Origin: Felis catus
Taxonomy: Eukaryota
Length of the DNA stretch: 64,000 bases
NCBI RefSeq assembly: GCF_018350175.1
Contig: NC_058373.1
Coordinates: 118,050,001 to 118,114,000, forward strand
Direction of reading: 5' to 3'
Positions 1 through 14,160 of this stretch are shown piece by piece. The translations under genes were made by a program, and so were the position numbers. Under the pieces are notes generated by a model, which was not told where the DNA came from, made no database searches, and saw nothing but the letters and a program-made list of their open reading frames with translations. Each line of letters starts with the position of its first letter. Positions within the stretch are counted from its first letter, which is position 1.

Positions 1-175
1 TGATCCGTCCTCCGTATAAACGAAAAGCAGACAGCTTTTTTTTTCAAGACGTGTTTTCATAAAACATTTAATGGCATGGGGGAAAACACTAGGCTTCAAT
101 GTTCCGTGAACAAAGCAAAGTATGTAACTGCACATACGTACACTCTGACCCCAATTCTCTGTTTAAATAAGTAGC

Positions 176-822
176 GGGCACCTGGGTGGCTCAGTCATTA
201 AGCAGCTGACTCCAGCTCAGGTCATGATCTCACAGTTCCTGAGTTCGAGCTCCACTCCAGGTAAAACACTCCCTGCTTCAAGTGAGGCATGCTTCTCTCT
301 CTCTTTCTCTCTGCCCCTGTGGGACTACCCCTCGTGGGATTCTCTCTCTCACTCTCTGCCCCTCATTCACTTATGCTCTCTTTCGTTCATTCATACATAC
401 ATACATACATACGTACGTACATACATACATAGCAAAGACGAGCACCTGGGTGGCTCAGTTGACTGAGTGTCTGACTCTTATTTCAGCTCAGATCACGATC
501 CCAGGGTTATGGAACTGAGCCCATGTCAGGCTCTGCGCTGACAGCATGGAGCCAGCTTGGGTTTCTCTCTCTCTCCCTCTCTCTCTGCCTGTCCCCCTCC
601 CCCACGACTGCAAGCGCTGTCTCTCTCAAAATAAACTTTAAAATAAACAAATAGCAAAGAGGGGCACCAGGGTGGCTCATTCACTTGAGTGTCCAACTCT
701 TGATATTGGCTCAGGTCATAATTCCAGGGTCATGGGATCGAACCCCAAGCACAGTGAGCATGCAGCCTGCTTGAGATTCTGTTTCCCTCTCTCTAAAATT
801 AAAACAAACAAATAAGTAGCAA
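176..822 (+). mobile_element. Three tandem CanSINEs (tRNA-derived carnivore SINEs)
   Basis: Heads G(G)GCACC(T/A)GGGTGGCTCA at ~176, ~440 and ~661, each with a (CT)n tract and A-rich tail. Separated by repeats of the site aaataagtagcaaaga. Confidence 0.85.
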
Positions 823-1673
823 AGACTCACATACCACCATTTATCTACTTTTTCATACTTAGCTTATATTATTTTGCCATTACAAAAGAATATGCTACTC
901 ACATCCCCTCTAAAGGTCTCCTATGTTCCTGTAGAAGAGTTTAAGATAAATTCCTAGAGATGATACACCTAGAATATATATTACTCATATCTTCACCTAC
1001 ACTAGATATTTCTAAATCGCATTTCAAAACAGTTGTACTAATTTTGTTTATTTTTAATTAATTTTTTTTTTAGTAACTTCTATGCTCAATGGGGCTCAAT
1101 CTCATGACCCCAAGATCAAGAGTCGCACATTCTACCAACTGAGCCAGTCAGAAGCCATGGTTGTACTAATTTTAACTTCAACTGGCAGGTTTTGTTTCTG
1201 TTTGTTTTGTTTGTTTGTTTAGAGAGAGAGTGTGTGGGAGAGGGGCAGACAAAGAGAGAGGGAATCTTAAACAGGCTCCCCGCTCAGCACAAAGCCCAAC
1301 ACAAAGCTGGATCCCACGACCCTGGGATCATCACCTGAGGGGAAATCAAGAGTCCCAATGCTCAACAGACTGAGCCGCCCAGGTGTCCAGGTGCCCCCCG
1401 CCCCCGCCCCCGCCACCACCATGGGAAGTCAGTAAGAGTCTGCACTGCTTCACATCCTTTTGGACATTTTCTTGCCAGACTTTTCAGTGTTTGCCCTCAT
1501 ACCGCTGGGGTTTTCATTTGAGTTTCTTTGATCCCTAGAGAGCTGAGATTTCTATATTTGTGCATCCCAGTTTTGATCCCCTCATTTGTGATTTGTGTCT
1601 GCATGTTCTTAAAAGTTTATACACTTTCTCCTGACAATATTCCTGTACATCTTATCTAAGATAAAGAGAAATT

Positions 1674-1901
1674 GGGGCGCCGGGGTCGCTCAGTCAGTTA
1701 AGCGTCTGACTTCGGCTCAGGTCACGATCTCACGGTTCGTGAGTTCGAGCCCCATGTCAGGCTCTGTGCTGACAGCTCAGAGCCTGGAGCCTGCTTCAAA
1801 TTTTGTGTCTCCCTCTCTCTCTGCCCCTCCCCAGCTTGCACTCTGTCTCTCTCTCTCAAAAATAAGCATTAAAAAAAATTTTTTTTAAATAAAGAGAAAT
1901 T
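1674..1901 (+). mobile_element. Feliformia CanSINE with TSD
   Basis: Full head-(CT)n-polyA structure; TSD ataaagagaaatt on both sides. Confidence 0.9.
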
Positions 1902-3610
1902 TACATAGGAAAAAAAATTACATTTGTCATATTAGAACATACCACTTCGTGAAGTGTTTCTACTGAGTTAGCGAGGAATAGGACAAAGCTAAGAATACCA
2001 GAGAGAGAAAGAAAAAACTGGGAGAAGCAGGAAGCCAAACAAATTATTTTGGCATTGATAATTTATCTGTTTATGCCCATCCCCACTCATCTGTTCCAAA
2101 AAGAATTCAAGGCTCCTTGTAAAAATGAATACAACAAAATAAAGCCAAATAAAAAATAAATGGAGAGGTGCCTGGGTGGCTCAGTGGGTTAGGCATCGAA
2201 CTCTTGGTTTCAGCTCAGGTTATGATCTTGTGGTTCATGAGTTCGGGCCCCACATTGGGACTCTCTCACTCTCCCTTTCTCTCTTCCCCTCCCCCCCCTC
2301 AAAATAAACAAATAAACTTGAAAAAATAAAAAATAAATGGAGAAGGACAGCCATTCTATTATATACTGCTATGAACTATGAAGATTTCAGTTAGTGTATT
2401 TCAACAGCAATAAAACTCTACTGGGTCAATTTGCCTAATGCAAACCTCACCAGTAGCTTTCCATCAGAATGATAATCAGAGAAGTAACAACTTCTGACCT
2501 AAAGAAGAAATTTAAAAAGCAACAACCAAAAAAGACAAAAACAAATTTTTCCAGGATTTCAGCAAGCTGCAAGAACCCCACAATTCCCTAGGGAGAGTCA
2601 AAGACGCATGCTTCAATAGATAACTTCTGCCCGTGGAGAGAAGCCGCATGTCCTGAGTCTCCACTCCAGAGACTAAAGAATACAGGGTCCAAGTGAAACT
2701 CCGCAGGTCCTGGTTACCAAGAATCATCGCAACTCCAGCTGACCAGGCTCAGTGTATTTACAGAAAACTTCATGAACCATACCAACTCCTACGCATAGAG
2801 TGTAACTATTTTTTTCAAAATTGCCTAACAAACTGGCCTGGAGGAGGACATCCAAATCTCCTGAGGGTAAAAAATCCCTGAGCGCTAATTACTGCTTACA
2901 GCACTCAGTGTGCTTGACAGTCTAATTTAGACATTAAGCTGGGTTAGCTTAGAGAAAACCTAAGGAATTCTAGAACCCAGCCATTGGCCTTGTCATTAAA
3001 ATGTACACTAATCAGGGAGCCTGGGTGGCTCGGTCAGTTAAGCATCTGACTTCGGTTCAGGTCATGATCTCATGGTTCATGAGTTCAAGCCCCATGTCAG
3101 GCTCTGTGCAGACAGCTTGGAGCCTGGAGCCTGCTTTGGGTTCTTTGTCTCCCTCTCTCACTGCCCTCCCCTGCTTGCTTGCTCTCTCTCTCTCTCTCTC
3201 TCTCTCTCAAAAATAAACATTAAAAATTTTAAAAAAAATTTTTATGTATACTGATCAGATTTACAGTTCTTTGTATAACAGGGTATGGATTCTGCCTCTT
3301 TTGACAGTGGAATCTTCCACTGTGACTACCTTTGAGCCACTTCAAGGACACAGGCCAGTACATTTAAGTACCTCAACTCTAACTAGAAGTACGTATTTCA
3401 TGAATTATTCAAATACAATCATTTTTCATAGTTTTTTCCTTTGAATCATCCACACCACTGAACACTTACTGAACGTTTACTATATACCAAGTGCTTTGTT
3501 TCTTCAAGACTGTTGCTCTCAATTAATCCTCGGCTCAACTTCAGTGGGAACATTCTTCTTTTTTTAAGTTTTATTTATTTATTTTGAGAGAGAGAGCAAG
3601 AGCAGGGGAG

Positions 3611-3658
<48 letters not shown>

Positions 3659-4227
3659 AGAGTCCCAAGCAGGCTCCATACTGTCAACACAGAGCCTGAC
3701 ATGGGGCTCAAACCCACGAACCGTGAGATCATGACCTGAGCCAAAATCAAGAATCGGACACTCAACTGACTGAGCCACTCAGGCAACCCCGCCCTTTTTC
3801 TTAAGTTTTAATTTTATTTGAGAGAAAGTACGTGAGCATGAGTGGGGTAGGGGCAGAGGGAGAGAAAGAGAGAATCCCAAGCAGGGCTCCGTCCCATGAG
3901 CCATGAGATCATGACCTGTGCCAAAATCAAGAGTCAGACGTTCAACCGACTGAGCCACCCAGGCACCTGGGAACATTCTTTTGTTATCCCTATTTTAAAG
4001 ATGAGGAGAAAGGTTTGAAGAAGTCCTCTAAGGACAAAGGTTATTGTCTATCTTGTTCTCCACCATATTTCCAGCACCTCAAACTTTACCTGGCACATAG
4101 ATGCACTCTTTTATTTTTTGAATGAATGAATGAACCAACGAACAAATAAACTAAAGTTCCCAAGACCAAGTAAGTGGATGGTAAGTGGCAGAACTGGAAT
4201 ATTCCTACAAGTCTGTCTGACTCCAGA

Positions 4228-4560
4228 ACCTAAAATACCACAGACCGGATAGCTTCTAAACAATGGAAATGTATTTCTCACAGATCTGGAGGCTGGAAGC
4301 TCAAGATAGAATACCAGCAAGGTCAGGTTCTGGTGAGGACCTGCTTCATGGTTTACAGATGGTGCCTTTGTACCACGTCCTCGCTTGGTGGAAGGGGCGA
4401 GGGAGCTCTTTGGGGCTTCATTCTAAGAAATTAATCTCATTCATGAGAGCTCGATCTTCATGACTCAATCACCTCCCAAAGGCCCTCCAATACCATCACA
4501 TCAGGCATTAGGGTTTCAACACGTGAATTCTGGGAGGATACAAACATGCAGCCTAAAGCA
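4228..4560 (-). mobile_element. MLT1A-like ERVL-MaLR solo LTR
   Basis: Typical MaLR motifs (atttctcacag..ctggaggctggaag..caagat; aatcacctcccaaaggcc; accatcaca..gggtttcaaca). Confidence 0.75.
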
Positions 4561-4599
4561 ACCACGATGCAAAAACTACAAAGTTTGTTTAAAGGGTAA

Positions 4600-5105
4600 C
4601 TTTTCTTTTTTTTTTTTTTAATTTTTTTTTTAACGTTTATTTATTTTTGAGACAGAGAGAGACAGAGCATGAACGGGGGAGGGGCAGACAGAGAGGGAGA
4701 CACAGAATCGGAAGCAGGCTCCAGGCTCTGAGCCGTCAGCCCAGAGCCCGATGTGGGGCTCGAACTCACGGACCGCGAGATTGTGACCTGAGTTGAAGTC
4801 GGATGCTTAACCGACTGAGCCCCCCAGGCGCCCCAAGGGTAACTTTTCAAAAAAATTTTTGTATGTTTTTTGTTGTTGTTATTGTGTTGTTTTGTCTGTT
4901 TTGAGAGAGAGAGAGACATAGCACGAGCTGGGAAGGGTCAGAGAGAGAGGGAGACCCAGAATCCGAAGCAGGCTCCAAGCTCCAAGCTTGTCAGCACAGA
5001 GCCCGACATGGGGCTCGAACCCACAGACTGCGAGATCATGACCTGAGCCGAAGTCAGACACCCAACCAACTGAACCACCCAGGCGCCCCTAAAGGATAAC
5101 TCTTC
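4600..5105 (-). mobile_element. Two stacked CanSINEs sharing a target site
   Basis: Two reverse SINEs; target aaggg/ataact(t/c)ttc repeated at ~4592, ~4835 and ~5092. Confidence 0.88.
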
Positions 5106-6147
5106 ATTTTGATACAATTTCAAACTTGTAGAAAAGTTTAAAGAATAGTACAAGAAACGCTCATACACAATTTACCCATATTCACTAATTGTCTATATTG
5201 TACCCCAATACGAACCTTTTAAAAACTCAGTGGGGGGGGCTCTTGGGTGGCTCAGTCGGTTAAGCGTCAGACTTCAGCTCAGGTCACGATCTCACGGTTT
5301 GTGGGTTCAAGCCCCACATTGACTCTGCGCTGACAGTGCAGAGCCCGCTTGGGATTCTCTGCCTCCCTCTCTCTCTGCCCCTCCCCACTTGCACAGAGCC
5401 TACCTCAGTGTGCACAGAGCCTACCTCATCTTATGCCAAACCCCTTTCTCCTATCCCTTCCTTCCTATCCCTCCCGGCCCCAGTCTCTATCCCCTAGTCC
5501 TCGGGGTGTCCTCACGAACCTAGCTCCAATCTTGTCAACAATCCCCAGCCTCTCTCCAGATCCCACACCCGCAGCACTGCCCCAAACGCCCTGCTCCCTT
5601 CCTGCTCCTCTGTCCTAAGCCTGCAGGCCTGGTGACACAGCGGTTAGCACAGAGCAAAGAGCACACTGCAAAAAGGAAGCAGCATTCACAGGGATCCACT
5701 TGATGAATTATCAAGAATGGTAAAATAAATAAGAGGTTGTGTTGAAACAAAATCCCTGCAATACTAAAAACAGAAAAACAGAAAAAAAGACACCAAATAC
5801 GTAAAAATACTTAAATAGGATTCCACGTCCAACTATGCGAAACAGCACAAATGCGATGATAGATGCATAGATATATACATACACACACGCTTTTGATGCA
5901 ATCTACTTCAAGAGAATATAACCTAGGATAATTCCAAATATAGAAAGAGCTTTTATGATATACAGTTGTGGTATCTTTTATAATAGAGAAATTTTGGGGT
6001 GCCTGGGTGGCTCAGTTGGTTAAGTGTCCAACTCTTGATTTCAGCACAGGTCAGGATCTCACAGTTCACTAGATCAAGCCCCACACTGGGATTCTCCCTC
6101 TCCCCCTCCTCTCTCTGCCCCTCCCCCTTCTTGTGCACTCTCTTTCC

Positions 6148-6207
<60 letters not shown>

Positions 6208-7708
6208 GTAAAATGAATAAACTTTAAAAACATAAATAAATAAACTCATTTTCAAAATTTCAAAATTTCAGAATTCTGTTAAAGAGAAAGTCTCACTTAG
6301 GGTAACAACATTATCTTTATCATCTCTTGAACCTAATACCCCTTTTAATACCCCTTTTAAATAAAGAAAAAACAAGTCCCAGTCTCCTTCCATGAACAAC
6401 AGTCTCTAGAGAGGAAATAATACGTTGTTACATTTGTTGAGAAGCAGGAGAATCTTACTGGTTATAGGGGGTTCTGGAGGTAAACCAGCCAGGGTGTATA
6501 CCTGCTGCTACTTACTAACTGTGTAACCGATTACTTCACCTCTGTGCCTCAGTTTCCTCATCTGTAAAATGAGGATGGTAACTGTACTTCATACAGGGTG
6601 GTGATGTAAGGATTTTTTTTTTTTTAATTTTTTTATGTTTATTTTTGAGAGAGAGACAGACAGAGCATGAGTGGGGGAGGGGTACAGGGAGAGGGAGACA
6701 CAGAATCTGAAGCAGGCTCCAGGCTCTGAGCTGTCAGGACAGAGCCTGACACGGGGCTTGAACCCACGAACAGTGAGACCATGACCTGAGCCAGAGTCGG
6801 ACGTTTAACCGACTGAGCCACCCAGGCCACTCAGGACTTTCTCTTTATAAAGATTTTTTTTTTTTTTTGTAACTTTTTATTTGAGAAAGACAGGAACAGC
6901 ATGAGTGGAGGAGGGGCAGAGAGAGGAGAGAGATAATCCTAAGCAAGTTCCAAGCTGCCAGCACAGAGCCCCATGCGAGGCTCAAACCCCCAAAACTGTG
7001 AGATCCTGACCTTAGCGTAAACCAAGAATCACTCAACCAAATGAGCCACCCAGGTGCTCCGAGATTTTATTTTTAAGTAATCTCTACACCCAACATGGGG
7101 CTCAAGCCCACAACCCCGAGATCAAGTGTCACACACTCTACCAACTGAGCCAGCCAGGCGCCCTTGGCATAAGGATTAAATGAACTAATTTATACACATT
7201 CCTCTGAATGCTAATACACAATAAACAGCAATTAGTGTTATAGTGTGTCTGTGTTCATTTTTTATCTTGGGAAACTTCTACCTGTGACAGTGGTTTTCCA
7301 TTCATGGTGATAACAAAAGTTGCCTTCTTAAATAAATTTAATACAGGCTTAAAAAAAAAAAAAAAAAAAGGTGAATCCTGTTCAGATAACTGAGCCTCAG
7401 TACAAGGTCAACTCACCAGGGCTGGGCCACACCACGCAGAAATGAACGCTTTTTCTATCCTCTGAACACCGGGTTTTTCTGACATGGGGACCCATCACTT
7501 TTTAATTATCACCCAAGATTCCTCTGTACTCATGCTCCCGGCAAGATGAGCTCACTCAACACCTGTGAACTCCACTCATGCACTTCCTTCCCTTACAACC
7601 TGTCCTTCCAGCCCCGGTTTCCAATCCCCAGCAACAACATGGGAGCAGAGTGTTCTCGCCACCCACTGGTACCCCAGTGAGAGGCACTTGGGGCAGGAGC
7701 CAACTGAC

Positions 7709-7923
7709 CTTCAGGGCTTTGAAGATGACCCCCGGGTGCCGGGGAGAACGGGTAGTGTTGTTCTCTAACTGCTGCTCCAGAGCACGCCGGAGCCCAGAGA
7801 AGTCCGTGGGAGGGTTGTAAGTCCTCGTTCCCTTGTAGTGAATGGAACTGAAGGCTTCAGGGAAGCGGCCCAGCTTCCGGAACCGGTCCTGGATGAGCTT
7901 TTCTGGCACCTCGGAGGGGTGAT
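7709..7923 (-). CDS. ZFYVE1: ZFYVE1 coding exon 4
   Basis: tttccttgtccag|AT acceptor completes Asp with exon 3. Reads DHPSEVPEKLIQDRFRKLGRFPEAFSSIHYKGTRTYNPP...VIFKALK and ends AAG|GTCAGT. 215 nt. Downstream exons (FYVE domains) lie outside the window. Confidence 0.96.
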
Positions 7924-9029
7924 CTGGACAAGGAAACAGGTACATAAACAATGACCCTTCTTTTAAAAAGAAAATCTGTCTTTCACTATAAAAGTAGTAT
8001 ATAGTCTGACTCTATATAAAGTACACCTACAGGCAGAACTCATTTACGCTGTTAGACTTCAGGTTAGCCTTGCCTAGAAGGGAGCATGAGCAGGGCTTCC
8101 CCATGAAGTGGGTGCTGGCATGTCATGGTCTGGTACTGATTTCACAGGTACATCCAGACTGTGAAACTCATCGTGTTATACACTTTTGACATGATGTGCA
8201 CTTTTCTGTATGTACATTATACTTCAAAGGAAAGTCTTTTTTTTTTTTCTTTTTAATCTGGATTTGGATTGTAAAAAAATCCAAACATGTCAAAGCATGG
8301 AGGAAAGAAATAGATTTCCTCCGCTCTCTCCTACTTCCCAGAGGTGGTTATAGTTCAGTGTTTACCCTTTCAGGCCTTTTTTTTTCCTACACACTTACCA
8401 ACACATATATGCAACTTGCTTGTATCACTTAAGAACATACTGTAAGTATCTGTCCTTTTCATGACACACTCTGAGAAGTTCTTTATTCTTTTTAATAGCT
8501 ACATTCCATTCTACAGGCATATTTAACCAGTTATCTACCAATGAACATTTAAGATAAATATAGGGGCACCTGGGTGGCTCAGTCAGTTGAGCATCCAACT
8601 CTTGATTTTAGCTCAGGTCAGGATCCCAGGGTCGTGGGATTGAGCCCTGCATCGATCTCCATGGTGACAGCATGAAGCCTGCTTGGGATTCATTCTCTCT
8701 CTCTCTCTCTCTGCCCCTGCCCTGCACTTGTTCTCACTCTCTCTCTCAAATAAATAAAATTTAAGAAAATAAAAGTAAAAAAAATAAAACCACCTAGCGG
8801 TAGATGGTACAAAGAAACAGGATTTTTTTTTATCCGTGAAGGGCTCATTATGTCAAAATCCTGAGCTAAAAATTAAACCTTCCCCTTACCAAATTTGTAA
8901 AAATCCAAAGCGGCATAAAAATGCAAATCACAGGAGGCATCTGAAAGTCAGCATTTCCAGTCTTCTTACCTCAGAGTCACTTGCTAAGGAGCCTCTGCTG
9001 GAACATTTAGATTTCTCATCTTCCTGCTA

Positions 9030-10000
9030 GACCCACATCCTTCATTCGGCCCCAGTCTCTCCACCTCCCTCTTATGCATGCCACTGCCCTGGCTCGGCCC
9101 CCATCACTTCTCATCCAGTACCGTGGTAACGTCCTGGCTGGTCTCCCTGCCTCCAGGCACGCCTCTCTAGTTCATCCTGCAACGGGCAGGGGATCTTTTG
9201 AAAATATAGATCCGATCATGTAACTCCCTGCTTAAAATCCTTCAGGGGCTCCTGTCATACTTGAGAACTGAGTCAAGGCATCTGTGATCCGGCCCCCGAG
9301 CGGCTCCACCATTTCCTCCTGTACAATCTGTGCTTCAGATACAACGAGCCGCTTCATTTACTTATCCAGCAAACACCTAATGAGAGGCAACCATGTGTCA
9401 AGCACTCATCCAGGCTCTTTAGATAGAGATTACAAGACAGGCAAGGTTCCTGACTTCATAGAGTTTCCACTCTAATGGGAAAGAAACAAAAACAAGCAAG
9501 GAAGCACACAAGATGATTTCAGATAGTGATAGGTGCCCCGATGCAAATGAACAGAGCGTAACCGTGAGGGTGCAGGAAGAAGGACCACTTTACAGGGGAC
9601 ATGAGCCAGGGCTCCAAGCCAGTGAGAGCTGAATTGAATCTGAAGTATGGCCTGGTGAGGGAACAGTGTTCTAGGCAGACAGAGCGGCATATGCAAAGGT
9701 GGTAACACAGAAAAGGCTGGCGTGTCTGCTAAAGGGAGTGTGCATATATGTCACATGCGCGGGGGCAGGCAGTGGGCAGCGGAAGGGGATGAAGGACATA
9801 ACCAGAGAATGAGTTCGGAGACACAGACAGGACTTAACAGTAAGGACACCGTAACTAGTTTGTAGTGAAAACCAGGGACAGCTTGTAAGCAGGAGTATGA
9901 CACGATCTAAATTATCAATAAAGCCTTTGAAAAGATCTCCCTGGATGCTGTGTGGAAGGTGCACTGAGGGGCTAGAACGGAACTTAGGAAGCTATTAGAG
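9030..10000. mobile_element. L2 fragments in both orientations
   Basis: Motifs such as ggtctccctgcctccag, gatcatgtaactccctgcttaaaatcctt and ctaggcagacagagcggcatatgcaaagg are typical of LINE2. Confidence 0.65.
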
Positions 10001-11786
10001 AACCACACGCAGTTTCCTAGACACAATCTGCTCCTTCAAACCACCAGGGGTTTGGGCTTTCCAGAGCATCCTTCCCCCACTGCCCTATCAAGCCACCTGT
10101 CCAGAGTTCAAACATCACCGCCCCTCTCCTAGATCCCCTTAGGATCTATAAAGATCCTCCCTCCTCTGGGGGTGCCTGGGTGGCTCAGTCGCTTAAGCAC
10201 CTGACTTCGGCTCAGGTCATGATCTCACGACTCATGGGTTCGAGCCCCCACATGGGGCTCTGTGCTGACAGCTCAAAACCTGGAGCCTGCTTCAGATTCT
10301 GTGTCTCCCTCTCTCCCTCCCCTGCTCCATTCACACTCTCTCGCTCTCTCAAAAGTAAATATTAAAAAAAAAAAAAAAAGTCGGGGCCCCTGGGTGGCTC
10401 AGTTGGTTAAGTGTCCGACTTCGGCTCAGGTCATGATCTCGCGGTTTGTGAGTTCAAGCCCCGCGTCAGGCTCTGCGCTGATGGCTCAGAGCCTGGAGCC
10501 TGTTTCCGATTCTGTGTCTCCCTCTCTCTCTGACCCTCCCCCGTTCATGCTCTGTCTCTCTCTGTCTCAAAAATAAATAAACGTTAAAAAAAAAAGTCCC
10601 TTTTCTGTACTACCACAGCTCCAGGACCTACATCCACTACAGAAGAGACCACATGTGGTCTCCCCAACCGAACTGTGAGCTACTCAAGGGCAAGAACCGC
10701 TTTTTTTCAGCTCCGCGCATCAGCACTCAGCACGTGGCATTGTGCACTTAAGAAACTCTGTTGACTTGGGGCGCCTGGGTGGCTCAATCAGTTGAGCGTC
10801 TGACTGCGGCTCAGGTCATGATCTCACTGTTCGTGGGTTCGAGCCCCGCATCGGGCTCTGTGCCGACAGCTCAGAGCCTGGAGCCTGTTTCGGATTCTGT
10901 TTCTCCCTCTCTCTCTGCCCCGCCCTCCCTCGCTCGCGTTATCTCTCTCTGTCTCAAAAATAAATAAACATTAAAAAAAAATTTTTTTTAAGAAACTCTG
11001 CTGACTGAAGGAGCAGGAAAATGATACAACTGTCTTAGGGGCCCACACTACTGCCCCCACCTGTGTCCAATTACTGTTGCTGCACCTGCTCCCCCATCCT
11101 CCCTCCGATCATTTTACTTCCTACTTCTCTAAGGAGATAGAAACAGGAAGACAACTCCCACACACACACCACATCTACCAATTACCTGCAATCGTGTCCA
11201 TACACTCTACCTTCCCTCCTGTGCTCACAGAGGGACTGTCCTTGCTCCTAAGGCCAAGCCACCCACGTGGGCCTCACTCCAATTGTCCTGCTCTCTTCCA
11301 TCTGCATTATTCCCTTCCTAGCGAAACATTCCCACCAGCACACAAATCTCTGCAATACCTCACAGCTTCAATTTAAAAACGGGAAAATCTCCTGAAATCC
11401 CATGTCAGCCTCCAGCTATCATTTCGTTTATCTGCTTCCCTTTGTAACTGAACTCTTTGAAAGAGTGGAATATATGCACAACCTTAATGCCTCTCCTCCT
11501 ATTCTCTCTTGATCCTACCCTGATCAGGCTTTCATGCCCACCATCCCTGGGAAACAGGTCTTATCCAGATCACCAAGGACCTCTGTAATCCTCAGTCCTC
11601 ATCCTGACCATAAGCAGATTTTGACGTGGTTGCTCACTCCATCCTTCTTCAAACACTCCTTCATGTCTTGCCCCAGGCAGAAATTCTACTGGGCAATCCA
11701 CCACCACCAAGTTACTACTGCAGCCCAGCGGCTGCCTCCACGTACCCAGAAAGGTCGATCTGTGACACGGTACCCTGTCCACTTAC

Positions 11787-12291
11787 CAGAGCCCAGCAGC
11801 TGAGTGTGCACAGTCTCATGGAAAATGATAACAGCAGGGCCCAGGGTGGACAAGGGGACATCCAGGCCACAGCGGGCAGTGGTAGCCTTGAGCTCCTTGG
11901 TGAAGTGTTTGAGATAAGCTTCAGAGGCATCCCCAAGGAACTTGAAGAGGTCATTATGCAGCCGGTCTGCGTGAGTTCGATAGATGACGAGGTCTGAGAT
12001 GGCCAGGACCTTAAGCAGCAGTCGTGTTCTCTGGCTGAGATTCACCGTAGCCCCCAAGAGCCCTTCTGTGTCTATCACTGCTACTTTGTGGACTGGGTCA
12101 TAGGCTGCCCACACTCCCACGGTGCAGGACTCCTGGGCAGGGGACGTTTTGAAGACTTCGCGACCATAAAAGAAAGTATGGTTGAGAGTATGAGACTTTC
12201 CATCACCAGTATTTCCAAAAATAGAAACCACCTTCAGATGCTGATCAGGTTTGCAGTCCAATTTCCTAATAAAGTCTTCTTCATTCGTTAC
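11787..12291 (-). CDS. ZFYVE1: ZFYVE1 coding exon 3, P-loop NTPase domain (GNTGDGKS Walker A)
   Basis: ttttgaag|GTA acceptor. Reads VTNEEDFIRKLDCKPDQHLKVVSIFGNTGDGKSHTLN...VIDTEGLLG...HTQLLGS and ends G|GTAAGT. 505 nt, phase 0 to 1, continuous with both flanking exons. Confidence 0.97.
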
Positions 12292-12499
12292 CTTCAAAAA
12301 AAAAATAAATAAAGGAATATAAAATGCATACTAGTTAGAAAACCTGCAAGAACAACTGCTTCTCAAAGTCAACGTCCTTGAATGGACTGTCCAGGTGGCA
12401 TGGGAAAAAAAGCCCCAGGATGACAGCCTCCCACCCAGCCGAACCCGCAGAAAACAGCTAAGAACTTTCAAACCCTCAGGCAGTACAATTTAATGCTCG

Positions 12500-14160
12500 T
12501 GAAAAAGCTACAACTATAAAACTCTCAGAAGACATAGGAGCAAATCTTTGTGACCCTGGATTAGGCACTGGTTTCTTAGATATGACATTTAAAATCTGTA
12601 TTCTGCAAGAATACCATCAAGACAGTGAAAAGAAAGCCCAAAGAATGGGAAAAAGTATTTGCAAATAATTTCTCTAATAAAGGACGAGTATTCCAGAATA
12701 TTTAAAGAACTCCTGGGGCGCGTGGGTGGTTCAGTCAGTTAAGTGTCTGACTCCTGGTTTTGGCTCAGATCATGATCTTAACGGTTTGTGGGATCAAGCC
12801 CCGAGTCTGGCTCTGAGCTCTCCCTCTCTCTCTGCTCCTCCTCCACTCGCACTTTCGCTCTCAAAATAAATAAATGAGCTTTAAAAAAAATAACAACACA
12901 GGGGCGCCTGGGTGGCTTAGTGGGTTAAGCATCTGACTTCAGCTCAGGTCATGATCTCAGTCTGTGGGTTCGAGCCCTGGCTGAGCTGTCAACACAGAGC
13001 CTGGAGCCTGCTTTGGATTGTCTCCCTCTCTCTCTGGCCCTCCCCGGCTTGTGCTCTGTCTCTCGGTCTCTCTCTCAAAACATAAACACTAAAAAAAAAA
13101 AAAGGTTAAAAAATAAACAAACAAACAAATGAATAACACAAATCTTCACGTACTTATTGGGGGTGCCTGGCTGGCTCAGTCGGTGAGCATATGCAACTCA
13201 ATCTCGGGGTCGTGAGCTCAAGCCCCAAGTTGGGGGTTGAGAGCACTTTAAAAAAAAACACAATGACAACACTGGTGGGAATATGGAGGAACTGCACTGC
13301 TTGTGCACTCACTGCTGGTAAGAATGTAAAATGGCACAGCCACTCTGGAAAACAGCATGGCAGTTTCTCAAAAAGTCAAACACAGAGTTACCACACATAT
13401 CAGTAATTCTACTCCTGGGTATGTATCCAAGAGAACCGAAAACATATGTCCACGCCAACCTGAACATTGAATGTTCGTGGCAGCAGCAAGATTCCTAAGA
13501 GCCAAAAGGTAGAAACAACCCTCATGTCCATCAACCGATGAATCGATAAACAAAATGTGGTGTATCCATAAGATGGAGTATTATTATTCAACCATGAAAA
13601 GGAATGAAGTACTGACGCATGCTACAACATGGCCGAACCTTGAAAACATCCTGCTAAGTGAAAGAAGCCAGACACAAAAATACTACATATTCTATGATTC
13701 CGTTCATATGAAATATCCATGATGGGCAGATTCATAATAACAGAAAGTATATTACTGGTTGCCAATGGCTGGGGTAAGGAAGGACTAGGGAATGACTGCT
13801 AATGGGTATAGGGTTTCTATTTGAGTGATAAAAATGTTCTGGAATTAGTGTTAAGGATTGCACAACTTTATAAATGCACTAAACACTGAACTATATACTT
13901 TAAAAGGGTAAAATAGGGGCGCCTGGGTGGCTCAGTCAGTTAAAGCATCGACTTCGGCTCAGGTCATGATCTCACAGTTCATGGGCTCAAGTCCCATGTC
14001 AGGCTCCATGCTGACAGCTCAGAGCCTGGAGCCTGCTTCGGATTCTGTGTCTCCCTCTCTCTCTGCCCCTCCCCCACTTGTGCTCTGTCTCTCAGAAATA
14101 AATAAATGTTAAATAAAATATACGGTCATATGAACTACATCTCAGTAAAGCTGGTTTTTT
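12500..14160 (+). mobile_element. Old L1 (L1MB-like) 3' end interrupted by several CanSINEs
   Basis: L1 ORF2-end and 3' UTR motifs (aaatggcacagccactctggaaaacag, caaaatgtggtgtatccata, gctacaacatgg..gaaccttgaaaacat). Confidence 0.8.

Noticed and set aside
1674..1760. tRNA-like A/B-box sequences (TGGCTCAGT..GG, GTTCGAGCCC) here and in many other copies
   Set aside because: These are the tRNA-derived heads of SINEs followed by SINE body and poly-A; no true tRNA gene is supported.
6333..6360. Short local duplications (also ~31081-31110, ~50850-50886, ~60046-60080)
   Set aside because: Ordinary 10-19 bp slippage duplications with no evident function.
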